DNA from: Guillardia theta CCMP2712 | Lineage: Eukaryota > Protista > Cryptophyta | Length of the DNA stretch: 64,000 bases | Assembly (NCBI RefSeq): GCF_000315625.1 | Contig: NW_005434669.1 | Location: 757,638 to 821,637, forward strand | Direction of reading: 5' to 3' | Part shown: in pieces, positions 11,974 through 23,186 of the stretch | How the letters are laid out: each line of letters starts with the position of its first letter | Position numbering within the stretch: position 1 is the first letter of the stretch | The notes under the pieces: model-generated | Databases searched by the model: none | Told to the model about the DNA's origin: nothing | The model's input: the letters and a program-made list of their open reading frames with translations, nothing else | Translations under genes and position numbers: made by a program

Positions 11974-12651
11974 ATGCTTGACTTGAAGATGGAGCATATC
12001 AAAGAAAAGGAAACAGATCTGAATATCTTGGAACCCTTTCATGGGCTTGCTACTACGGTTGATAGCTGCGCAAAGTTCTCTTTGAACTTCATTGTAGAAT
12101 CTTTGGACAAGCTAAAAGTTGAAGTCGGACAAAATAGCAGTCTCCTTGCCGACACCTTTAATCAGATGTCTTCTATTCCCGAGAACAATACAGTTCTCGA
12201 ATCTGATGCCATGAGCACTGATTCGCATGATTGGGACAGCATCAGCATGCGGTTTCGTGATAGGAATAATTCCTTGACAAATTCATTTCATTCCACGGGG
12301 AAAGACAGCCGGTCCTCTGCAGGAAAGCATTCGTCAGGAAAGAGAAGCAACCATAACTCTCGTGCGAGCAGCGTAGCTGGCAGGAGCAGCCACAGCAGCA
12401 GCGGATCATCGTGCAGCTCCTCGCCGACCTCACAGGTTGCTGATTTCGAGCGGTTGCGATCAGAGATGGTAAACGAGACAACCATGCAAGCGCTCAAGGC
12501 GAGATGCTGCGAAGCCACGAAGCGGGGGACACAGAAGCTGAGGAAATCGGACGACGCCGATTGGAGGTCGCAGGTTGCACACGTTCGAAGGGGTTGCGGA
12601 GGGCAGACGATCCAGGGAGTGAACGTGAAGACAGGCCAGCTCTTAGAATGA
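11974..12651 (+). CDS. Hypothetical Ser-rich protein (225 aa)
   Basis: Single ATG-initiated ORF downstream of an ACCC-rich tract. No recognisable domain. Confidence 0.55.
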   Translation: MLDLKMEHIKEKETDLNILEPFHGLATTVDSCAKFSLNFIVESLDKLKVEVGQNSSLLADTFNQMSSIPENNTVLESDAMSTDSHDWDSISMRFRDRNNSLTNSFHSTGKDSRSSAGKHSSGKRSNHNSRASSVAGRSSHSSSGSSCSSSPTSQVADFERLRSEMVNETTMQALKARCCEATKRGTQKLRKSDDADWRSQVAHVRRGCGGQTIQGVNVKTGQLLE

Positions 12652-15600
12652 AACAAGTATTCGTGATTGCTCGAGAGGGTGGTGTGAATAAACTTGTACT
12701 TGCTCCAGAGTCTTACTCCTTCTCCTCCTCCTTCTCCCCCTCCCCTCCCCTCCTTCCTTGGTCATGTCGGAACCACTGACGACAGCCTGACCTCCTTGCT
12801 GACAACAAACCCCTGCTCCGCAAGTCAACCAGGAAGGGGAGGAAGAGAAGAAGTTTGATACCCTGGTCACGTTCTGCCATTCTTTCGGCCTCTTGCGGAA
12901 GGACCTCCAGGCACCGTAGAAGGGCAGGACCGAGAAGATGGCAGCAAGAAGCGACAGGTACCACCCCACGCTGAGGTAATGGCTAGTTGCATACCTGAGA
13001 TGAAGTTGCAACAGCGTTCAGAAACCTCTCAGTCTCTTTTTCTAATTTTTGTTTTTCTCTTTTTCCCACCTGTGTGTCCCTCCCTCCCTTCCACTTCTTG
13101 CCTCCCTCGTCTACTCTCGTCTACCCCTCGTGTCATCCTCCCCCTCCCCGTCCCCTTCCCCCTCCTCCTCCCCCTCCAACTGCTCTCCTTTCTCTTACCT
13201 CATGGTGTCTCCAAATATCTTCACGTAGATTCCATATAGCATGGCCGGGACTGCAAGCACGAGGGCGGTCGCCACACAAGATGCCAGCACAAACTTCTCC
13301 TGCTGCCATGCGTCTTCCACGTTCGCCTCGTCGCTAGCTCGGATGGTTCGCCAGATGATCCAGAAGTTGTGGAGCTGCAGCGCGAACGCGAGGACATGGA
13401 GGGCGACGATGATTGAGGTGACGGGGCAGAGGACGACGAAGAGCTCTAGCAGACCTCGCATGGGGAGCGTCGACATGTACTCGCGCACTGTTCCGGTGTA
13501 GGGGAACATCTTGTCCAAGACCCGATCGAGGAAGAGCGAGCATGCTCCACCAGCGCAGGTCCATGGCGGGTTGTATCCTGCCCTATACGCTGCGCTCCCT
13601 TCCATCCCCGAGACTTGAAGAAGCTTCTTGAGCCCGCAGGAGAGGTTGCTACCGTATTGGACTCTCCGGCTTGGAAGGAAAAAGTTGCGGTCGACACATG
13701 CGTCGATGCAGGCTGAGCAGTTCCCGTTCACAGCACATTGACACTGCAGCACCTTCTTCTTCATGCCCGGGTTGCTTGCTGGAAAGTCTTGCATGCTGTT
13801 TGTGGGCTCTTCCAGTGTCACCATGCTGTCTTTGTAGTCGCCAACTAAAATCTTGTTGTCACACTGTAAGAGACGAGAAGTCAGTCAGACAACGAGTAGC
13901 CGGACACGAAGGGAGGAGGGAGGAGGGAGGAGGGAGGAGGGAGGAGGGAAGAGCGAGAATAGCCATCGACAGGGAAAGTGAAGATGAGGGGGGGGGGTGG
14001 GGGGGGGGGCGGGAGGGGGCGCAGTGATCCTGCAAGCTTCCCAAGACCTGGTCGAGCATGACGGCTTTGAAACGAGACTTTTGCGACAGAGCTGAGGCAT
14101 CCGTGACTGTTTCTTGCATGACTGCTTGAACGATCTCTCGGAAGATGTAAGTCTGTTGAACATCGCATCAATTTGCCACCCAACACAACCTTGCTCTACT
14201 TGATTCAGGATGCACATGGTGTCGTAAATCGCCGACATCCCCGACGTCCCTCCATGCACGTGAAAGTTTGAGGTTTTTTCCTTTGGCCAAGACAACAAAC
14301 GTGAGCCGTCTCTCCGATCATGCAGCCCATTCTCTCAGCTCACCAGCACCAGGGAGGAGGAGTTGTGTGGGTACGAGCAGGACGGGCAGGTTTGATCCAG
14401 GGGGCAGCTGTCTCCTTGGATTCCAGTCCCAATCCTGTTGCAAGCAGCTCAGGCTGCAGCAGGAGACAGGCGCAGCTGTAAATTCCTGGTGACGCAGGTG
14501 GGATGAAAGGGCGAGTTGGTCGCTCTGTTCTTCCTTACCGCTATCGCTGGGCCTGCCAGACTTTCTTCACAAAATTCGTCAGCCAACTTCCTCCGCCCAC
14601 CTGGAGCGCAACCCGCCCCGAGCTCGGCCTTGCCATCTGTGCCAGAGGAGGAAGTTTAGATCATGGCAAGACGAACCGAAGAGGAGGGGAGGAGATTGTG
14701 AGTTAGAATCACTGGTGGGACGCGAGGGAGGGGATGGGGTGGAAAGGGGAGGAGAGGGGAGAGGAAAGCAGGAGGATGGACAAGAATTCAAGGCTTGCCT
14801 GGTCGACATTTGACTTGACAGCCGTACTCCTTGACCTGATAATCAAAGGTAGAAAGCAGCCACTTGGCTAGAACCCGGCACTGTCAAATAGTTCTGTTAT
14901 TCCTCTTCCTCCTCCCTTGCCTGCTCCTCCCTCTGTTCCCCCTCTGTCCGCTGCCTACCTGAGGAGGCTGCGGAGGACTGAGAGGGTCGAGGTTGAGCGG
15001 GATGTCGTATCCCTTCTTGTTCCAGAAGTCGATGGTCCCGACGCAGTGAAACCCCGGCTGGGCTTTCTTGACTCCACGGTAGTCGTAGAAGGGTAGCTCG
15101 TTCCTTGTCTCCGTGAAGATGCTTGCGCAGTTTCAGCCCTCCTGTCTCCCGCAAGAGCTCTCGACGCACCTGTGGCAGCGCTCCGATGCAGCATCGGGGG
15201 CCAAGGTGACGTCGATGAGGAAGTTGAGGGTAGCGGATCCCAGGAAGGAGTGGAAGCTCACGTTCACGCAGTGATTCGACTGCGCCCTCTCACTTTCCGG
15301 CAGCCCTGCACCAGCCGCTTGCAAGTCAGCCGGCGTCAGGAGCCAGTAGAACTCACCTGGGACAAGCTGGCGGGCGAAGAGGGAGAATTCCACTATGTCA
15401 ACCTGCGTGCGCTGAACACACTTGGCCTCCTTGGACTTCGGAGTGAGGAGGAGCCAGTCGGTCTTGATCGTGGAGCTGACACAGTCGTCCCCAGTCTGCT
15501 TCACGTAGTTTTCGTCCATGAGGTTGAAGATACAGCTCTGCAGTTTGATAGGATCTCTCATCAACTGGTTGTTCGTTGCTATCCACTGCGCCGAGCCCAG

Positions 15601-16115
15601 ACAAGTCGCTCGATTGCCTACCGCGCACTTGGACTGCAGGGTCTTGACCGCAGACTCCAGGCAGCTGCTACTGCGATCAGCTAGGATGGCGCGCATCATC
15701 TCGGCATCATTGCGGTAGTAGGAGCCGAAGAAGACCTGGTTGACGTCCTTGAGAGCGAGACTGAGCTCGCTGAACTCTAGCACGTTGTTGGCGTTGGCGT
15801 CGAAGAAGTCAAAGACTTTGCGGACCCGCTCCAAGTGGTTGCCGGTGAAAGAGGTGAACTCCAGCCATGCGAGGAAAGGCGAGGCAACAGTGAAGGCGAT
15901 GAGCACGAGCTGCGTGATCGCCGTGACCCTGTGGAACACTGTCCCGTTGTGCCACAGTGCGCAGATGAAGCATCGCAAGCAGCCGCACCAGAGCTCGCGA
16001 TATTCCTTGCGCCTCGGCATGTGTACGTCAAGACAAGCTCATGTTTCTAGCTGACTGTTATGTCCTCGCGGAAGAAAACAAACCATACGACACGAAACGT
16101 GCTGCCGGTGACCAT
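12643..16115 (-). CDS. Multi-exon multi-pass membrane protein with an EF-hand and Cys-rich segments (ends approximate)
   Basis: ORFs 15133-16020, 13195-13824 and 12643-13011 lie on one strand, separated by GT-AG introns. EF loop DANANNVLEFSE at 15766-15801. Hydrophobic helices near both termini. Confidence 0.6.
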
Positions 16116-16770
16116 CGCGACTTTGTTTCTACTCAAGAGTGTCCCATGGATGACAACTTCTTCCTCCTCCTCCCTGCTTCTCCTTCTGCTCCTCTCTTCG
16201 TGTCCTCCTTCTCCTCGCTTATTCTCGCACCCGAGCTCTTCTCATCGTCGTTGCCTCATCCATCTTGACATGTACAGTGCGTTTCGTTTTTCTTCTTTAG
16301 CTAATTGGATTTCAAAAGAATCAGCCGCCGCATCATGCTCAGATCCGATCCGATCACCGATCGCCGGCCCGGCGCCGCACCGCGGCGCAGCGGCCGGGCC
16401 GGGCGGGACTTCAGCCACTCACCGTTTCAGTACTGACCGTCGGACGGTCACCATGGCGCTGAGTGACTGAAGCCTCTAGACTCTTCGAGCATGGCAGGGT
16501 TCAGAGATCTCACGAGTCTTCATGCATGACCTTCATATCTTCGGAAGACTCAGATGATGAAGACGCCCAGAAAGAAGGGAAATTTAAGCATTCTTTCAGG
16601 CTTCAGGCGCCACTGATAACTTATTTGACTGCCAGGTGACACTCGGTATCAGCGGCGAACAGACACAGAAATATTGTTGATCAAGTTGGCAAATGTGCCC
16701 GGCAATGACAATGAGAGTCAGTCAAGGGATGGTGTTTGAAAACAGTTTTTACTGTGTGAGGTGAGACTCT

Positions 16771-16808
16771 CTTTACTCAAAGTTAGGTTAAAAATCAGTA
16801 CTAGGACA
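16771..16808 (+). repeat. Dispersed intergenic element, copy 2
   Basis: CTTTACTCAAAGTTAGGTTAAAAATCAGTACTAGGACA, just beyond the stop codon of an RWP-RK gene. Confidence 0.85.
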
Positions 16809-16840
16809 GTGAGACGGAGTTACAAATGAATAAATGACAT

Positions 16841-17512
16841 CTAATGATTCCAATTGGACGATGCGCGGAGATTCCGCAAGAGTACATCCATACAAAGAGA
16901 GCCATCCATGAGAAAGCTGAAGTCTGTGCCCCCCCCCTCCTCTTCCAGGTTACTTGAATCTTGGTGATCTTTCTCTATCCCAAAGTGCTCAGACGTTGAG
17001 GTGAGTGATGCTAGCGTGCTTGCCATCGAGTCCATATCCGATTGACCTTCGATCTCTGTGTATTCGTCCTCTGAGCTGTTCGATGGATTTTGCACCAAAG
17101 CAGCATACCTAGTTTCCCCATGGATGATATTTTCAGCCGTCTCTTGCTGTTCCTGGAAGACCATTGGCACTTTTTTCCTGCGTATGCGTGAGCGGCCCTT
17201 TGTGCATGGACGCCTGTAAGGCCATCGATCTAAACCGAGCTTGCGACATAGCTGTTTCATGGCGGTCAAGGATATGCCCAAAATCTTACAAGCCTCGACC
17301 TGCGGGATGGTGTACATGGATTCAATGACCGACATGTCGATTGTGAGAGGAGGACGCCCTTTCTTAGGCAACTCGACTTCTCCCTGCTTTCTGCGCGGAA
17401 ACAAAGAGATCTGACGGTCGTTGGCTTCATCCGGAAGGTCATTTCTTGGATTCTCGATCCGATGCTGTATGATTGCGCGTGGAAAGTTTGACAGTTGGAA
17501 AGTGGTGCTCAT
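16841..17512 (-). CDS. RWP-RK domain transcription factor
   Basis: IPQVEACKILGISLTAMKQLCRKLGLDRWPYRR; intronless; acidic C-terminus. First ATG (MSTT) at 17512. Confidence 0.9.
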   Translation of the reverse strand: MSTTFQLSNFPRAIIQHRIENPRNDLPDEANDRQISLFPRRKQGEVELPKKGRPPLTIDMSVIESMYTIPQVEACKILGISLTAMKQLCRKLGLDRWPYRRPCTKGRSRIRRKKVPMVFQEQQETAENIIHGETRYAALVQNPSNSSEDEYTEIEGQSDMDSMASTLASLTSTSEHFGIEKDHQDSSNLEEEGGGTDFSFLMDGSLCMDVLLRNLRASSNWNH

Positions 17513-18269
17513 GCGATGAAGACAATGACGCAAAGAACAAGATCAATGTGCGATGGAAGGGCACGGGACGAGTGAAGGAGGAACTAGAGCGATGGCGAGA
17601 CTAGTTGAGGCAAGTAATTCTTTTGTATGCACAATGGGGGTGAGAGAAGGCAAAGTACCGGTGTCAAGATTTTCGTCAACAGAGAAGGGGGGTAGCATTG
17701 ATGAATGTGTATTTGTATTGGAGTTTCACTATAAGGAATGGAAAGCTTGCCTGCTCGCCCTAATTCTTCAGCTTTTCAAAGGCTATTTGTCTGGTGGGGT
17801 ACTCTGTCTTCTACAAGGACTGGGTAGGGTGGGAGGTGGGGGCATAAAGGAAATTATCATTTTTAAAATCGAGGTGGGGTCCATGGGGCGGTATGTAGAT
17901 GAGGGTAGGGTAGTGGGGGTCCCGTTTCGCCCATTCGTTGGTTACCGGTGGTTCGGAGTTGAAAGCCGGCTAGGGGACGGGGGTGGAGCAGAGGGGGGTG
18001 CAATACTGTTAAGGGAGCTATTCAGAAAAGGGGGTCCTTAGATACGAGTCGATGGGGTGTAAAACTAAATTTGGTCCCCTAGCCTAGAGTGGCTACGAAG
18101 CGATGTATGTTTTAAGGCCTGACGACATAATTTGATCTCTTTAAAATGCTCGGATCGCAATCTCTAGCCGCAACAGTCGCGATCCTAATAGAAGATGACA
18201 GTCTCTCTCATCACCTGAGTCCGTGGACATCAGCTGTCATGATCTGGCACGCATTCGGCATGGCCGTAG

Positions 18270-19520
18270 CAATTGGCCCGCCGGGGGCCGGCCCGGGACA
18301 CCGTGACAGGCCGCAAGTTGAACTTCCGCCTTCAGTTCCGATCGCCGAAGTTCCCGGAGTCCGGGCCCGGGCCGGGGACTTCAACTTCCGAGTTCGCCGC
18401 CGGCGCGGCGGGCCGGGTCCGAGCCCGACCCGGTGCCGGACTCCCAGGCTCGCCCGGCCGACCGTCGGACGGTCGGCACCGTCCGGTCTCAGACTGGGCC
18501 GGCGGCCGGGCAGTGGCGGCCGGGGCCCCCGGCAGCCGAGCTCGGAGTACCCGGCCGTACGGTAGTACCCGGCCGGTACGCCGCCGAGTACCGGGTACGC
18601 CGATAGCCGGCCCGGTTGAACTCCTTTACTCAAAGGTAACGTAGTAAACTGTTCAGTACGAGGACACTACTCAGTGACTACCGGGCCGTAGTACAGTGAG
18701 TAAACCCTAACTGTGACGTGACTTAAACCGTGGCCGCGGCCTAACTTGAGGGCCGGCGGCGGCCCGGCCGCCCGGCGGCCCGGGGGCCGCCATACTAAGT
18801 TGAACCCGGGATCGGACCGGCCGCCGAAGCCCAGTACGGTAGGTTCGGAGCTTTCCAACTACGGCCACTGATGTTATCCGACGCACTGTACTACCGTACG
18901 GTAGGCCGGGAAGACTCAGTCGGGAAACTTCCGAAAGGTCTCTGCGACTTTGACCACAGCGGCCTGACTCAGTGAGGGAAGGGAAGGTGGTGCCACGGTG
19001 CGCAAAGCCTTCAGAGCCATCGCCAAGGGGTCCCCCTGAGAAACTCCCGTGGTGGCCGAAAAAGCCCGAGTCTCTCCGAGCGCCTGATCATCACGGTTTC
19101 AGAAATACCTTACCGGCCTTTACTCAAAGTTAAGTTAAAGATCAGTACGAGGACAATCAGGAGAGTCGAGGAGGCTTGACCCTGACACTGTCGCACAGGC
19201 CAAACGGCGAGAAGAGAAAAGACAGCGAGAACCCAAACTTAACTGATACCTTCACTTAACGGCGCGCAGGACAAGTCCCCCGCGCGGCCATGCCCCGGCC
19301 TGGTCACACGGTGCTCAAAGTTGAGTTGAAGTTAAGTTAAAGATCAGTACGAGGACAATCACTGAGCTCCTGATTGTACGGTCCGACCGTACCGTGATTT
19401 TTCACTTACCGGGCCGAAGTCGGACCGTCGGACTCTGTGACGGTCAAGCCCGGTTTGACCCCCCCGGCCCGGCGGGCGGTGGCACTGTGACGGCGGTCAG
19501 ACGGCGTGCCGGGCTCCGAC
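18270..19520. other. CCGG/GGCC-rich palindromic GC island containing element copies 3-5 (18624-18666, 19118-19159, 19314-19361)
   Basis: Dense CCGG/GGCC/GTAC words. Palindromes such as CGACCGTC-G-GACGGTCG and CTACCGTACGGTAG. Three CAGTACGAGGACA-ended copies. Confidence 0.75.
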
Positions 19521-19875
19521 ATGACTGCTGAGTGACTAGTTTGCTCCACTTATGGCTGAGTGCGCGACCGTGAGACTCAAGATAGAGGGCTAGTGAAGGG
19601 GAGACGGGCAAGACAAGGAAACCACCTCTTTTCGGCTCAAATGAAAGATACACCTTTGTCATCAAACATCTGAAAATGCATCTTCTCGAGGCATAAGCGA
19701 CACTAGCCCTGCTCCCGTGAGCAGGTCTCCCCTACTGACTCTCTCGTCCTGATCTTATAGAGGCTCACGACGAGAATCACATCCCGCTCGCCACGCCCAC
19801 ACGTTGATCTCCTCTCCCTCATCTTTGCGATCCCATTCTTGTCACTCAGATTCGCCGAGAATACCTGATACACTC

Positions 19876-20424
19876 ATGACCGAAGACAGCTCTGCAACTG
19901 TTCAGCTCTTCCCCCGTCGCAAGCTTGGCGACTCCGACATCCCCCAGCGAGGTCGTGCTCCTCTCACCATAGACCTCCCCGTCATCCAGTCTCTCTTCAG
20001 CATCCCGCAGGTCGAGGCCTGCAAGGTGCTCGGGGTCTCCTTGACGGCGATGAAGCAGCTTTGCCGGAAGCTGGGGGTCAGCCGCTGGCCCTACACCCGT
20101 CCTTGCACCACCGGACGCCGCCGACATAGAGCGAGGAAGTCAAAGCCCGACACCCAGCCTGAGCAAGCCAAGCCCGTGTGCGAGGAAGCGGTGGCAGACT
20201 GCCAAGGGAAGCAGGAGCTCGAGTCTGCCAGCTCAACGTCACCTGGCTCGTTGTCGGAGGACGACAGTGCTGTAGAGGACGCGGAGGCGTCAGGGGGTTC
20301 TGTAGTCGAGCCGACAGCAGCAGAGGAGGAGGTAACAGAAGGGAGCTGGATGCCGAACACGGGGTGGATCGACTGGTACATGGAGTGTGGAGACGAGGAA
20401 GACGTGTCTCAGAGGCTAATATGA
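19876..20424 (+). CDS. RWP-RK domain transcription factor (copy A)
   Basis: IPQVEACKVLGVSLTAMKQLCRKLGVSRWPYTR; C-terminal WIDWYM motif. Confidence 0.9.
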   Translation: MTEDSSATVQLFPRRKLGDSDIPQRGRAPLTIDLPVIQSLFSIPQVEACKVLGVSLTAMKQLCRKLGVSRWPYTRPCTTGRRRHRARKSKPDTQPEQAKPVCEEAVADCQGKQELESASSTSPGSLSEDDSAVEDAEASGGSVVEPTAAEEEVTEGSWMPNTGWIDWYMECGDEEDVSQRLI

Positions 20425-21034
20425 TTGGATTCTACGGAAAGTATTCCAGATTACGTCCAATGTAGCGGTTTGTTTTTTATTCCTTTTATTCCTTTTGGTT
20501 TTAGTAGAAATTCTTCCTGAAGTGTCTGTTGAGCTCAAATCAAGGCTCTTCATGAACTCTGCAGTTGCGTTAGCGAATTGCATCGCAATTTCCCGTTTTG
20601 CTAGTCTGCGATCGTCTTCAAACACTTTGACAGCGGAGGCTCATCAGGAACTAAGGTCTCGTTACTCAAAGGCGGTGTGAGGTCGGAGCGTTTGTTCCGA
20701 GACGAAGTTGACCCTTTTAACTGTAACAGTTCACGCCGGGGGCTAATGACCCATTGTTTCCGAACAAATGTCTTTTCAATCTCTATACTCTACATGGATA
20801 TCAGACGATGTGTTTTTTTGAAGAGGTCCCGCCCCAGAAACAGTTTCGAAGTTGCACGGCCCCCCCCCCAAATTGAATCGATGTATGTTTCCTATAAGCC
20901 ATGGATTACCACACAAAAGGGAGGCCGAAGAAACCCAACGATTCATATCTTAGGCAGGGAATAGGAGGAGAGGTCACCACCAACCCTTAAAATTAAAACC
21001 TTAGTTTAGCCCTCCCCGTTCTCTCCAACCAAGA

Positions 21035-21622
21035 ATGCCCCATCCGATCCTCCCATCCACTGTTCAGCTCTTCCCCCGTCGCAAGCTTGGCGACTCCGAC
21101 ATCCCCCAGCGAGGTCGTGCTCCTCTCACCATAGACCTCCCCGTCATCCAGTCTCTCTTCAGCATCCCGCAGGTCGAGGCCTGCAAGGTGCTCGGAGTCT
21201 CCTTGACGGCGATGAAGCAGCTTTGCCGGAAGCTGGGGGTCAGCCGCTGGCCCTACACCCGTCCTTGCACCACCGGACGCCGCCGACATAGAGCGAGGAA
21301 GTCAAAGCCCGACACCCAGCCTGAGCAAGCCAAGCCCGTGTGCGAGGAAGCGGTGGCAGACTGCCAAGGGAAGCAGGAGCTCGAGTCTGCCAGCTCAACG
21401 TCACCTGGCTCGTTGTCGGAGGACGACAGTGCTGTAGAGGACGCGGAGGCGTCAGGATCCGAGCTAGGAGAGCTTTGTGCCCAGGGGGAGGAGGGGTCTG
21501 TAGTCGAGCCGACAGCAGCAGAGGAGGAGGTAACAGAAGGGAGCTGGATGCCGAACACGGGGTGGATCGACTGGTACATGGAGTGTGGAGACGAGGAAGA
21601 CGTGTCTCAGAGGCTATGCTGA
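21035..21622 (+). CDS. RWP-RK domain transcription factor (copy B, near-identical to copy A)
   Basis: 21059-21616 matches 19897-20418 except for a 36-bp in-frame indel and about two substitutions. Confidence 0.88.
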   Translation: MPHPILPSTVQLFPRRKLGDSDIPQRGRAPLTIDLPVIQSLFSIPQVEACKVLGVSLTAMKQLCRKLGVSRWPYTRPCTTGRRRHRARKSKPDTQPEQAKPVCEEAVADCQGKQELESASSTSPGSLSEDDSAVEDAEASGSELGELCAQGEEGSVVEPTAAEEEVTEGSWMPNTGWIDWYMECGDEEDVSQRLC

Positions 21623-22049
21623 GTGCGATGAACGATGAACCAGGCGATACGGAAGTGTTCCTATGTTCTTTTATTTTCAGTATTAGTAGTTGCATCGAGC
21701 AAGTTCCTTGATGACTTGAAAGTTTTGATTTTGTTAACTTGTGTAGGGATTTGTGGGCTGGGTGTTCTCTACATTAATCTTGAGAGTATAGTTTTGTAAA
21801 TATCACATAATCTTTGACTGCACAATGACTTCATTGGCACGCCTTCGTCTGCATTCACTCGATTTCTTCGTGGTTTTCACTCATTCTGGTTTTCACCACT
21901 AATTCATAAGTTTGACTGAAAAATCGACGCAGAAGAAGGAATCAATGATTCAAACAATTGGGGGATTGAGTTGGATTCACTTATCAGGTATTTCTGCTCT
22001 GCAACCAATGCACAAACGTCTGATGCGAGTTTTCCATGTCTCGTAGAAA

Positions 22050-23186
22050 TTCACGAGTTTGATTCTAAATTTACCGTGAGCAAAGGCGAGTGTCTGGAGA
22101 ATTTGAAAGGTTCATACCTCATCCAAGACTTCCGTGGCTCTCATTGCGCTGAGAATCTGTATACAGAAGTCATCTCGGGAAACGATTACACTCTACACAA
22201 GATGCTCACCTGCAACCAAGACTTGACTTTCATTTTGGGCTCGAAATCAGCCCTGAAAGTATCGTGACGCTCATTTGCAGTCGCATATCACTTGCGATTA
22301 CGGTAGTTGGGCAATCTTGTTCAATGCGTTGACAACGTCGGCAGTAAGAGGATGAACCTAGGAAAGGATTGAGTTGAAGCTTGAAAACTTCATGTGTATT
22401 AGTCACTTGATCCACCGCTGTCATCCCGAGACGCAGAGAATCCATGAGCTGTCGAGACGGAAGATCAGCGACTTCGAGCAGCTGTAGAGCCTAAGAGCTC
22501 ACCGTGATAAAACCTTGAACTGCTTCTGCCACAAAGAGTGCAATCTTGCTCGAGTCTTCACCGCCGCCGGCTGAGCACGTGGCAGGAACCCCTGAACCTC
22601 GTTCAGGAAGTGGGTCGGCATGCGGCAGGGTTGGCCCTCACCTGTTGCGAATCTGTTTGCAGCTCGTGCGGCTTTGAGCTGGTATCTTGCAAGGGCATGA
22701 CAACATTGAAGGCTCATCCTCTCACCTTACCTTGACATGAACGTGGGGATCGCCATTGCGGGATTCTGTGAACCAAGCTTCTCAGAGGTGATCGGGTGGG
22801 AGCCAGAGAAAAAGTCTTTAAGCATAGACACAAGTCAACCTGCATGTCGCTGGGGAGGCACTCTTTGAGTGTAGAGAATCGAGGAAGGAGTTTCTGACAT
22901 TCCTACATTCCAGATCACGGATGGAGATAATGGTCATCTAGCAAAGACGTCTCTAACCTTCTCATACACATCTGGTGCTATGGTGCCTCGGATGTACTGT
23001 GTTTCAAGTTTTTCCATGGTTCTAATGATAGCGTAATAGTCCGCGAAGGATTCCATTTCTTGCCTAACAAGGATTAGATTGTCTAACCCAGAAGGACATC
23101 GACAAGCACCTGTTTGAGTCATCTTCTACTTGTAGCTGTTTCTCTAGCTCTTTCTTGATGCTTGGACTTGCTTTGCTTGCAAGCAT
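22050..23186 (-). CDS. VPS28: ESCRT-I subunit Vps28 (multi-exon; 3' end approximate)
   Basis: Spliced EMESFADYYAIIRTMEKLETQYIRG, VAEAVQGFIT-LMDSLRLGMTAVDQ, ADFEPKMKVK and LSAMRATEVLDE match Vps28 blocks. Confidence 0.78.

Noticed and set aside
18146-18644. Overlapping Arg/Gly/Pro-rich ORFs in GC islands (also 29967-30270, 38396-38771)
   Set aside because: Expected from stop-poor GC-rich DNA; open on both strands with no domain.
19118-19361. CRISPR-like repeat-spacer reading of the 33-37-bp repeats
   Set aside because: Only two copies per pair, ~165-bp spacers, eukaryotic context and no cas genes.
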